NCBI RefSeq assembly: GCF_003704095.1
Contig: NW_020844031.1
Location: forward strand, 434,001 to 498,000
Direction of reading: 5' to 3'
DNA: 64,000 bases
DNA from: Pocillopora damicornis
Taxonomy: Eukaryota
Within the stretch, counting starts at the first letter, position 1. Each line of letters starts with the position of its first letter. Of the stretch, positions 50,303 to 62,300 are shown in pieces. A model generated the notes under the pieces. The model ran no database searches. It saw only the letters and a list, made by a program, of their open reading frames with translations, and was not told the DNA's origin. The position numbers were made by a program, and so were the translations under genes.

Positions 50303-53300
50303 TCAAGTTCTTGGGGCATTGTTCGTCTTCTTTAGTTTCGGCACCCTCCACCCGTGAGATTTCAAGTAGTCCCGAACAGCTCGTGAAGTTATTTCCAGTG
50401 GTGGAAAGTATGGCCCAACTCTAGTCCGTTTCCACCAGAGTCCAGAACGTGCTTCTTTGCTCCCAATTCTTGTGAATTTATATAGGTAACGTTCACCACG
50501 AATAACTCTAGCGAGGGAAGAAAAAACAAAAGAAAAGGAATTCAGCTTCATTTAGACCCAAGGGTTGTACAGCCTGTGGTGTACGCGCTCAGAAGGTTGG
50601 GCCATTAAGTGACAGACACGTTTTACAGTAAATCGAGTAGTCTGGGTCCAGACTCGTCCCCAAACTCTCCCTAATTATTATTCGAAAGTAACGGAAGACA
50701 GAGCAGGTTGGTTGGGCCATTAGGCGACAGACACATTTTAGAGTAAATCGATTAGTCTAGGTTTAGACTTGTCCCTAATCCATCCCTAACCATTTTTCGA
50801 AAGTAACGGAAGACTGAGCAGAAATTACTTCATCGAAAAACTTGCACGGTGTGTCGTGTAGGACGCAAATACTTTGGACCTTCCCCCACGTCATGCGCAT
50901 TTGACCAATTCTTCGAAGAAGTGACTGAGATCGAGTCTGAAAGTGAACAGTGTCGTGTAAGGCTCACGGATTGAATAGGCGACGAAAGGATGGGACGGGG
51001 AAAGCGACGAACGCCAATAGCTCGTTGGACCATTCTCTGCTGAACAAGTCGCACGCGTTTTCCAAATGCGCTAGTATAAGTTAGCGACAATAGTGACAAT
51101 AAAATTACAACCAAACTAAACAACAACAAAGATAGCATCACTATGCAATACTTACAGCGGAGGAGTACCATTAGAGAATGGGTTGTGAGCTATCAATGAA
51201 GTGGCCTGTTCATCATTAACAAGAAGTTTAGCTGCCAGGTGTATCAGCCAAGGGTTGTACTGAAAGTTCTGAAAAACAGAATTAGATTTGCGTTTAGGGA
51301 AATACCATAAGCAGCCAATGAGAACCCCAAGTAAAAACAACCAAACTGCCCAAGTTTTGATTGGTTTTAGTTCTGCATCTGATTGGTTAAGGGAGTGGCG
51401 TGAATTTTCTAGACCAATCACAGGGCGAAGTAAATCTAAAACAAAGGCAAAAAAAAAAAAAAGGAAGTAAAGCCTGCACTGTAGCCAAGTGGCCCATCCA
51501 GGTGGAGCTCATTCCGGTTTTCAAGCAAGATACGCCAAGGAGTATTACTACTCCCCGCTGGATGGAATGCTTCACTCTACCAGGTTATTCCAAGCATTTT
51601 ACCAGGCTTTTCTTGCAGTTCTCTAATTCCCATTTGAAGGGAAAAAAAACTGCTACCACTAAATATATAGCCTTGTCTTTTCCACTGTTCGGATCGTTGG
51701 CGGCGTCTTCGTATTTAGGCCTCTAACTTATATTATTTCTAACAGGCGAGCCATTTCTAACACTAACCTGAAAAGCTGCAAACCACATGAGCCAGTCCAG
51801 TCTGTAGTGATAAGGTGAAATGAGACAAGGCCGCCTGCGGGGATCACCTGGTTTGCATTTAAACTGATATTCTTCCCAGATCCCGCCCCATTCATCCGGT
51901 ATTACTGTCAAATTTCTAGTACCTTGAAAGATCACTTCGGTTCTTTCCTTTGTCACACTAGTGAAAGGAAACACGATTTCATAAATTACGAATCCAACAC
52001 TCGCGCTGTAACCAAATTTTTGGGTTTGTGAAGAAACTAATTTGCTATTGAGTTTGTGTGTTTTGCTTCGCATGTCCCTCCAGCCAATCAGATGTGAGCA
52101 AAATTCAGTCCAGTTTACAAGTCTACAAGTAAATTGACGAGAGGAAAAACCAAAGAGTGGAAAGTCGAATACAATCAGAGCCCGTGTGGATGAATCAGGG
52201 CGTTGGCAAAGCATAGAAACAAACCTCTGTGGTCATTACACTGGACTAGTTTTGACTTTTTAAAAGCAAAATTTGTTTACATTGCCGAATTGAGAAAAAA
52301 GTTGGAGATTGACATAAGATACATGTCTGTAAGACAAAAATCGAGAGCTATGAAATTTGAAAGCCCGCCAGTTCTACGCTTGAGACAAAACGAATTGAAT
52401 GCAGTGAACAATACCTGGCTTACAAGGTTTTGAATTTTGTGTTACTTAAAGTACCTTCCAAAGGCGCCATAAGTGTTCACAATCCTGAAAGAATCGAACG
52501 ATGTGTTCATGGCTTGTCGAGAGGAAAGAAGATTTTGCACCACAGGGATACTAAGATAAGCTAACACGACTCCAAGCATGAGCTCAAACACACGACGAAC
52601 ACAAAGACCTACAAACAAAGACAAGCCGCAAAGAAACAAATGAGCAAACAATTGATTCGTACAATGTACAATTAGTTTTTCAGACATTTTTTCAAATGTT
52701 TGCTCTTACATACACAGTGTTTATTTTGAATTTCCAACAGCAGACGAGAGAGACTGATTTGCCGAGTAAGCTTTTTAATAATTTTCAATTGAGTGTCCAA
52801 AGTAATTCTGGATTGCTTCGTTTTTGCTATATCTCGCTCTGTGATTGGTCCAGAAAACACGCCTAACTCACTCAACCAACCAACTTGGTCGCCGACATTT
52901 TCCCGGGCTTTAGGAAGTTTGGCCGGTTTTACTTATTAGACAATTAGACTACGTTGATTTCGTCAGCGTTCTTCAGCTACTATCTCATGTAAAACAAACC
53001 GATTATTTCAAGACTGTCTAGACCTGTACATACCCCAGGTGGGTTTTGACGCAGTTGCATCAGTCTTTTGGAGATACTGTATTCTAATCACTTCTCTCTT
53101 GGCTGATGATGAGGAGAACAAGAAAGCCAGGCTTTTGTCATCAAAGCACAGGAGACTGGGAAGAATGGTCAGCCAGTTAAGGAAACTCAGGTTGCCACTG
53201 ATGATCAAAATAACCTAGCTTAACAGGAGTAAACAACACAACGACCTCAATGGCTGATCAAAAATTTAATTATGACCATAATGAAACTCACTAGCCTCAG

Positions 53301-56300
53301 CAGATCCTGTAATTTTTTGACAGCATGGGTCCAAACTCTGATTCAGAAAATACAGTGGTATTTTTAACCCTTAAGCTAAAAAATACTAAACGGTAAGTAA
53401 AGTTTAAATACTTCGGGTTGAGTAACAACAAATGTTTTTTTTATGGAAGAATTGTGATTTCAGACAAGTAGAAAAAATACCAGGGGGGAGGGGAAGGGGG
53501 TCAAGGAGTCTGAACCCCAAACCTAGATTTATCACTGAGACAATATATGTTCAAATTTTCTCTTCTTAAAATAACCAGGCTATGAAAATTAGCAGACTTA
53601 TGACAGTTATGATCCTAGTGGTATCTAAGAGGATTGTCACACATGAATCTGAAGCATGGTCTAGCTTGCCAGTGAATTCCCTGAAGCTCAGAGTCAGAGT
53701 TAAAATCCTTGAGGGTAACTAAGTTTTTTGTCAGTTCCTTGCTCCTAAAATGTTTAACATCTTATGGCACAGGGGAATGAAAAGGTGACAATACAGAAAA
53801 CTCACCTGAAAAAGAATTTGTAAAATGCCACACCAAATTCGAAATCTTCTTGTCAGAAAGATGAAAAATGGAACCACCAACTCAACGAAATGATTGACCA
53901 AAGTTTCACACTTGTGGAATATCTCTGGAGACTGGTGCATAAAGTAACTTATAGGATTTGGCACTGGCTGAGTCTGTCAAAGATTGGAAGAATATTTTTT
54001 TTAGGATTACATCCACTCTTTCAGTTGATGGAAGGTCATCAAAATTAATTACCTCATAGTGATAGTTCATACATGTCAGATCCCGCCAGCATTGGTCACC
54101 TCTTATCTTGATCAGTCCCTTAATGATAAAAAACATGCAATATTAGAATTACAAATTAATATACTCCAAGGGAACCTATCATTGATCCTTCCTTTACAGG
54201 TTTGAAATCAGGTACCTTGGGTGAGTGCTTTGGAATTTTTTGCTTTGCATATATTTTCTGTTTTGTCCTGAGCACCTCGGAATTTCTCTACTGTACAAAT
54301 TCTTACATCTGAAGATGATGTTCACAACTGAAGTTCAACCCTATTGCTGACAGTTTTCCTATACCTAGGGTTAGGTCAGAGCTCTGCCTATGGAAGCTTG
54401 ATCAATATCATTTCTATTTATTTAATGAAACAATACATTCTAACTAGTTTAATCAATACTTCTTGCCAAAACTTACAGCACCAATCATAATGCGAAAGAT
54501 AAGCCATCTGTATCCCCACACAACCACCAGAGGTGTTGGTGTGTAACTGGATACTTGCTGTAATTTAAACACTGGACACAAAAAGATGGCTAGGAAACCA
54601 GTCTCAAGAAGCTGCGATTCCCAACCTACAATGAAAAAGAAATTATTTTGTATTTAAAATGCAAAATCAACTATATTCTACAAAACCAGCTATGTTCTAA
54701 AAATCCACACAAAAAATATATATTGTGATTATACTTACCAAATGAGTACCTACAACAACAAAGTAATAGAAAAACATTTAGATTTACAAACGATAAATGT
54801 ATGAAAATCTACCAACAATCTTTTGTGTTGATTTTAAAATTAATCTTGATTGGGTATTTGTAATGCAAGGTTTGTTTACCAGGCAGTCCCATGGTAACTG
54901 ATATACAAAAAAAAAATTGTGCTCGCAATTATGAACTTTAATATAAGTTTTCATCTTTAATACCATCCTTACTTGCAATCACAGGTAAATTTCATTATTA
55001 TTCATGGCCTTGTTTAAAACACCTCAGTTAAACCCTTTGTCTTCCAATATCTAAACTTTACTTCTCCTTCTAAGCTGCTATGTATCTTCTTGTTGATCAG
55101 TCATGAGAATTTGTTGTTGTGTCATTATAAAACCCTGTAGCTAACGAGTCTGTGTTTTTCATCTCCACTCTTCAGGATTGTCTTCTAATATTTTTAAGCA
55201 TCTCATGTCTTTGACTCATTAAAAGTTGACAGGGACAAGACACCCTATCAAACACTTACCATCTTTGCCCAATGTTGACAATAGAATGATAGAGAACCCA
55301 CAGTAAGGCCATAATAATCATGTTTGCACATCCTGATAGGAGGATGAGTCCTGAGAAGAACATCCCAGTATATGCCAAAATGTCCAAATGCTCGTCAATC
55401 TTGGTTTTGTCAGTGAAGAGTAACAAGGTTGGAACATGAAGGACTTTTGTCCACCCAGCATCATCAAAATGTTCATCAATTTTTTTCAGATATAAGTCTG
55501 ATGGAAGAAGCCCATTTTTTCCTAGCAACTGTTTGTTTTGATTCAAGGCAACTGCAAAAGCCACAACTGAAAATAAGAAGAGGAAACTGTCCATTAAAAA
55601 AATTCAGAGATCAAATTGACCAATCTCTTGAACTTGATCATCGACTTAAAGGTGTTTTGATACCACAGTATATTATTTTTATAACAATTACAAAGGAATA
55701 TTATTGCATGTGCTCTGTAAATTGGACACCACAGGAGAAACCCACAAGTATTTCATCATCTATAGTTTAAAAATACCAATGTATTGGCATTCTCAGACCT
55801 ACCACAATGATAGGATTTTGTTCCCATGAATATAAGCAAGGAGAAACCATAATCATGTTTTTTAACCCTTTCACTCCCATGAGGAACCAAGACAGAATTT
55901 CTCCTTACAATTATCAATACAATATCAACCAGATAAGTGATGAGAATTAAGAAAAATATAAATTTGGGGATAATTGGTTGATACAATACTAAATTCTCTG
56001 AACTAACATTAAAAGAATTGTATGGCTGACAGTAAGGAGAGTTACAAATTTGATCTGGAAGTTAAAGGGTTAACCGAGGTACTTAAACTTAGGTCATTTA
56101 AATTGATCAGACATCCATTGTACTGATCACATCAGCTGTTTTAATGAACATGTACAAGTCTACAATTCTACAGTCCAGCACTTCACATGTGGGCCTAAAA
56201 CTGAACTTCTGGACCTGTTTTCGGGAATGATGACGGTTAGATTTTTTCTTTTGAATTCATTCCCCGTAAAACAATAAAGTATGCATATCCCAAACTTAAA

Positions 56301-56576
56301 TCTTGGAAATACTTTCTAAAAATCAACTTTCTTTCAAATTCTGTCAATCATATAAGAGAGTAGTTGAAACAACTTACAATAAATAAAGCCAAGTGACCTC
56401 AGAAACACGATCCTCGTCAGCCAGTAAGTTCCAGGTTCCAAATCAGTTCGCCTTGCCTCAGCTGACACTTCTTTAAAGTCCTTTTGATCGCAAGATTTTA
56501 TTTCCTCAACTTTCTTCGCGCCTTTCCCTCCATTAACAGACCCTTTTCTTTGCCTCAGGCCCTCAAGTAACTCCAT
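50303..56576 (-). CDS. LMF1: Lipase maturation factor 1, 11 coding exons
   Basis: Exons 56576-56378, 55566-55260, 54749-54739, 54625-54477, 54118-54053, 53973-53806, 53214-53034, 52608-52455, 51957-51768, 51268-51156 and 50507-50303: GTYWLTRIVFLRSLGFIY, QLLGKNGLLP, GQRWYSFGWESQLLETGFL, FRIMIGAGLIKIRGDQCWRDLTCMNYHYETQPVPNP, SGNLSFLNWLT, VNTYGAFGSVTKERTEV, SPYHYRLDWLMWFAAFQ. Confidence 0.97.
50595..50821. repeat. Tandem duplication, two ~112-115-bp units
   Basis: Units 50595-50706 and 50710-50821 both run GGTTGGGCCATTA..GACAGACAC..TTTA..GTAAATCGA.TAGTCT...TTCGAAAGTAACGGAAGAC.GAGCAG. Confidence 0.85.
51297..51450. mobile_element. Internal fragment of the AGAGCAGTTTTCAAT MITE family
   Basis: CAGCCAATGAGAAC...TGATTGGTT...TTTTCTAGACCAATCACAG matches 23050-23250. 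Confidence 0.6.
52781..52935. mobile_element. Inverted fragment of the AGAGCAGTTTTCAAT MITE family
   Basis: TTTTCAATTGAGTGTCCAAAGTAATTCTGGATT...CTCTGTGATTGGTCCAGAAAAC is the reverse complement of the right half of 23022-23298. Confidence 0.6.
55028..55230. mobile_element. Heavily decayed TTAA MITE (A-like)
   Basis: TTAAACCCTTTGTCTTCCAATATCT... left end, similar length, weak internal similarity. Confidence 0.4.
55862..56073. mobile_element. TTAA MITE, subfamily C
   Basis: TTAACCCTTT...AAAGGGTTAA termini; inverted homolog of 31212-31426. Confidence 0.88.
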
Positions 56577-56658
56577 AACAAACCACACCTCTCTAAGAAC
56601 ATTAAGACTAATGGACTAATTTTTCTAAAATAAGACTTTGGAACCCTCGATTTGCAGT

Positions 56659-56700
56659 TCATGCCGCCATCTTGGATTCACATGAACGACAAATGGCGCG
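56659..56700 (-). promoter_or_regulatory. YY1-type motif at the LMF1 5' end
   Basis: Minus strand reads CCAAGATGGCGGC (YY1 consensus) about 90 nt upstream of the LMF1 ATG; a second AAATGGCG lies on the + strand near 56692. Confidence 0.5.
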
Positions 56701-56928
56701 AAGCGATTGGACCGAGTCAACTTAAATAAAGGTTCAGTTGGTGGAGGAGAACAGAGCGGGCTTTATAAAGAGTTTCACTCAGAGGAAAATATTTTTAATT
56801 ACTTCTAGTGTAACCTTTCTAAGAGGGAACGCAGGGAGACGCTTAAAACACGATTTTATTCATCACGCAACGTTCAAGTAACTTTTTCGCGCAACAACAC
56901 TTGTAATTAACAATTATTCGCCGAAGGC

Positions 56929-57033
56929 CTATTGACCAGTAGCAAGTTGTCCTGAAATGCTCATGTTGACAAAATAACTAGTAAAGCAAACAGGATTCTT
57001 GGTCTTGTAGAAAGGACGTGCAAGGGTATGAAG
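56929..57033 (+). mobile_element. CR1/L2-type LINE reverse-transcriptase fragment (pseudogenised)
   Basis: Translates LLTSSKLS*NAHVDKITSKANRILGLVERTCKGMK, resembling the 'LSWxxHIxxIxxKANRxLGxIxR' C-terminal RT region with Trp replaced by a stop. Confidence 0.7.
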
Positions 57034-57777
57034 GAAGAAAATCCCGCAGGGCAAGCGACAAAAAAACCGCCTCCACCTCCTTAGCTCAAGGTCTGGATCC
57101 GCCCCTGTATAAGTCTAGACATATCTACGTACATTCAATTCTGTACTGCTTCTGATTGGTACCTCTTCATTAAAAGGGATGAACTCTACAAAAGAGTCAT
57201 AGACCCCATACAAAGGCAGACCACCCAAAAGAAAAGGGAAAAAAAAATTTTTTTTTTTCCTTTGAATGAATATTGTTAAATAATCTCCGAGACGAAGCCG
57301 AGAGTATAATGGTCCGGTGGGATGCGCACGCTTAATTGGTCATGGATTGTCATATTCAATAATCCCCGAAACTTCATCTCAGGGATTGTTCAATAACATT
57401 CACTTCGCCTTCGGCAGATTAAGGAAGGAGTGTCGGCAGGAGCGCTAAATTTCAAAATGGCAGCCTCGCGTTTTGCCAGTTATGTTATCGAGGAATATGC
57501 GTGACATAAGTACCCACCGCTCAAATAAGTAACCTCCAGGCCGGCCTTTTTTTGCATTTTCAGGAAACGGAGACAAGCGCAAGGCAAGCGCGAAGTGGGA
57601 GTCACACGCAACAGTGGGAGCTGCGCTTTAACCAGCCTGTCTCTCACCATCACTCACTCACTCACTTGGTGTCCAAAATCAAAAATCGGACACTAGTGTC
57701 CAAAATCATAACTTAGAACATAAAGGAAAATTGCAAATATCAAGCCAATCTTCACAACAAATTGTATTGCCAATTTA

Positions 57778-58006
57778 CAGGGCCGTAGCCAGACTTCAGA
57801 ACAAGACGAGACAAGTTTCGAGCGCCGAAGGCGCGAGCCGCTAAGTAGGTTTGGGGGCATGCCCCTCCAGAACATTTTGAAATCTGGAGGTTCAGAAATG
57901 CTCTTTTAAGCATTTTCCGTGGCATTTTTCCTCAGAAAAGTCAATCTTGGGCCAAAATCAAGACGAGGCATTTGCCTCGTCTTGCCTCATGCTATCTACG
58001 GCCCTG
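57778..58006. mobile_element. Non-autonomous hAT-like (hAT5-type) MITE with 5-bp TSD
   Basis: TIR CAGGGCCGTAG...CTACGGCCCTG; direct repeat ATTTA at 57773-57777 and 58007-58011; subterminal AAGACGAG motifs. Confidence 0.85.
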
Positions 58007-59317
58007 ATTTAGTTGAATATCATAGATCAGGCGAAATGGACCGACTGAAATGAAATCGGCAAATGTCATCTGAGTTACAAAGGCACAATGTCAAGAACGT
58101 AAGTTGCAAGAAATATTTAGCAAATTTTTTATACCAATATTTCCCTAGACATTACACTGCTACCAACTAGTACCGTTTAGCAGTATTATATTCACAGTTT
58201 GAGGCCAACATTGCAGTTTGCCAGACGATGATAACTCTGAATATAATTGAAAACGAAAGAGATTTTCTACAATGACGCAGAGGAATCAAGAGACTTGACT
58301 TTATCGAAGTTAAGTGTGATTTTGCAACCTGGTTTGTAGTTTGTAACGCAGCAATGCATTTTTTAAAAGCCAAGTTGTTCACTTAATGAGCGTCGTTCTT
58401 AACCCAGAGATAGACATGGGCTCCAAAGATTTAAAAGAGGCTTGATTAAAATTCAGTAGATAAATGCTTAACCTCGTGTGGAAAGCATCATGTGTGTGAA
58501 AATAGCATCCATCAAGGAAGAGAAGTGTCATTCAGCCACCTCACGCCGTGACTGGGAGGGAAACTAGTATTCCTGAGCTGTAAGTAAACGTAATGCCTCT
58601 CTGACTTGACACATCCTTCCCTTAAACTAAAGACGTTTATTTTTTGCTTTTCTTGTGACAGTCGTCCTAAAAGTTTCCATCCGCAGTGAAGCGGGCGAGG
58701 ATCCAGGCAAGGCAACGCACTCATGCGGCAATGCTTACATCCTGAAAGTGAATGGAAAGGACTCTTCTCCTTATCTCAGAGGCCAGAGAAAAGTTACTGC
58801 AAGACTCACCGTGACTGAACTGAGATTTGTGTGAAAAAAGACAATGAATTTTTTGATGAATAGGTATGAGTTCGAGACTATAGGAGGCAACTTAATTAGT
58901 TTCGTTCATTGGCCATTCATTTAAATATTTCAGCTTCTTTCTACCATGAAGTGTGAGCGGATACCGACGAACTCTCAGCGAAACAGGATTACACCGTGAA
59001 ATGCTGGGGGATAATTGCCTTACATCAGGAAGGAGGAGCATCATGCAACGAAAACTGGGAGCCGTTCAAGCGGAGTTAGTCCCTTACATGAAACGAAACG
59101 TCTTCATTGTTTGAGAATTTCTTCTAACAACATACTCTATGAAATTGCGAGATTCGCAAGTCGAAATTTCTCAAACAATTCATTGCTTGTGCGACGCGAA
59201 GTTCAGGGCATGGCCACGAGTTGAAATCCACTGACAACGACTGCACGCAGGCATTTCTGAGCACCTTTTTTCCGTTATCCGAGCTAGCTGGTAGGGTTGT
59301 GACGTTTTCGAGTCGCG

Positions 59318-62300
59318 TTAACCTCTCGTGATATATGTGGGGCTGTCGACATCCAGCACACTGTAAAAAGATATACTTCCTCCATCTACCAGAGCGATTT
59401 TAAGTGGAACACGAGCGCATTCCTTTTTCATAGCGCTCATAACCGCCAGTGAAGGGGGAGGGTCACAAAACCTGAAAGTACAGAATTGACCAGTTTCATG
59501 ATAAATTACACCTTAACCGTGGCCTGACTGACTTAATTAGGAGCGGGGTGGGTTACCGTGCATGAGGCCGAGGCTTCCCACTCACAGCAGACAAACATAG
59601 CAACATTTGACTAAATTAAATGAGGATTTTTAATCGGAGGACACCGTCAGGTAGGCACGAAGCCCCCTGTAAACGACACTTATGGTTGCGAAGGAAAAGA
59701 TTGGACAAACTACATATAACAGACTCAAAAGTTCGACGTTAATTGAAGAATTCACTTCGGATCACGCTTCACAACCCCTTTTCTTCATTCCTTTTAAGAA
59801 TGAGTGTGGATTTACAAGGTTGTATTCTTTAGCGATTGCCCCTTCGCGAGTTGGGAAGAAACAGTAAAGATAGGGACCTGAAAGAGTTGGAAAGGAACCC
59901 AGTATTGATCTTATTACTTGGAGAAATGACATTTTTAAGATTCATAGGAATTGTAACCTTTCCTATTAGCACTACGATATTTGCGGTTTAAACTGAATCT
60001 GAGATTTGGAACTCTAGGAGGATAAATGGGGGCCCATTTTTAGAAACTTTTCAAAAGCAGAGCACAAGCACAAGTTACCTGCATACAGAGACACAGAAGT
60101 CTGGAGTCCCTGGATCTGATTTCTTGAAATTCAGCCCAGGCTGATAAACATCAAATGCTATTTGAAGAGATTGCTGTTTTGTGCTGTAGACCGAATAGCA
60201 GTAAGCAGACATTTTAAAGTCAATGATGACCCATCAGCCCATTACAGAGCAGTGGTCATAGTGATACACAAAGTGCATGTAACTAATGACAATGGTTGGG
60301 TTCATTCTACTCTTGGAATCAAGTTCACAATTAAATAAATAATTTAATAGGAACATTTTCCAAAAGACTAACATTAGTTTTCAACAAATTGTATTGCCAA
60401 TTTAGTTAGAACCATAGACTGAAAACTAACATTAGTTTCCAACAACGAAACCAGGCAATCCAGTAGGATTGGTAATGCTTCCCCCCCTCCCCTCCCCAAA
60501 GTATAAATCTGATCACTCCACTTCAAATGTGCTCCTTTTTCCTATTTGCATAAGAAACAACATGATAAGGACAAGTAGCCTTCTTTGAAAAATTTACAAG
60601 TGCTTATTTATACCATATTGCATGAGAAATCATGTTGTTACTTGTTAAAAATTACTATGAAAATTGCATCACAGTCAGGCAAGATGGATGAAATTTTGGA
60701 ATTGGGTGAGCGGAATTTGAAATTTTCATTTGTGTTACAACATTGTACTTATATCACATGAAAAATGCACTCATTTTCAGCCAATCAGCCACAAGTAATT
60801 TTCATGCATATTATTAGGTACTTTAATATCACTGTCACTTTTCACAGCTCTCCTGCCTTAATTTTGGCCTGTATCCTCACTGCTTGCCCATGGCCATGCA
60901 GTTGCAGACTTTCCTATGACTTGATATTATGCAATGAGGTAATGAGCCCTCTGAAGGATAGCACCCTAAAATGTTTAATACAGAGGTACCTTAAATCATT
61001 AGCTTCAGTCATCCTTTGGTTTTTGATTACTTGTAGCTTGGACAAAACTGCAGCTAAAAAGGCACCAAAGTAATATTAGAATACAAAAGCTGAAACTCTA
61101 CTAGAGTGTTAAGGGCTTGCTTCCGGTGGGACCCTGAAGTCCATCCCCAATCATCCTTGCTCCTTAGGTTTTCCTCCATATTTTCTAGTCTTCTTCTCTC
61201 CAGAATAAACAACACCCCTAATTCAAATTCAAATTCAACTTGGAGACAAAGGCCAATAGGAGCATCCCCATGCTTATCCTTATTAATCTGATTCTACTGA
61301 TTTTTTTGTTAATTTAGCTCCATATAAAAAATATAGATACAAGGTATCATTTAACTTTGACACATCTCAAGATTTCAATGAGTCTACTTTGAACACTACA
61401 TATACATGCAACATACCTGTTGAGGTGGCATCCTCTGGCCTCACAAGGGGTCTGCAGCCATCTTCACTGGTCCAAAGGTGGGTAACAGGAGATGACGCCA
61501 GTGGTTTGCTACCTTTACCATGAGCAGTGTCAACACTTCCTTCACTTTCAACAGATCTCACGGCTTCTTGTTGTTTTTTCTTCTCTGGGCTGACCATGTC
61601 AGTCTGTGTGTCTGATCCATGTTTTTTTCTAAACAAGAAACACATTCACAGTGAATCCGACACCATATGCATGGTAAATTTAAATATGACAGGCCAGTGA
61701 CTTAAATTTTCATAGAGTTAGAGATATTCAAATATTCAACAATAATTATTGACACATACCTCAGGTTCTTGCTTCTGAAAAACATGTAAAGTACATGTAT
61801 AAGAATTTAATTATACCTTGATTGATGTCTTAGAACTGTGAATCCCAAGCGCAGAAAATAAGTGTAAACCTGGAATAACATGACACAACACAGAATTTCA
61901 AAAAAGAAGAAAAATTAATTGTTACAATAAATATCAAATGTATGGAATATGTTCTTAGTGCTGCCAATAAAAAACTCTAACACCAAACATTTCATTGGTG
62001 TGGATACTTCATTTCATTAGTTTCAAAGCCCTGAAAAACATTAAACCTTCAGCACTCATCATTAAAAGGACTCAAAAATATAGAAAAAACAGAGATTACA
62101 GTGTACAAAACTTGGTGTCCAATACAGGGAACCATTAAGACATTACTGATCATGGCACACCTTTCTTTAAATAAAACAAACACAATTTCATTATAAGTAT
62201 TAAAAAATAGTAATATTTTATTTCCACCAACCAGATAGAAATCAGGAGAGAAACCATCAGAGAGCATAGTCATATAGGCCTACAGTGCATCAGATTAAAA

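Noticed and set aside
50595-50821. Possible CRISPR-like repeat-spacer array
   Set aside because: Only two units, similar along their whole length, with no unique spacers or cas genes, in a eukaryotic intron.
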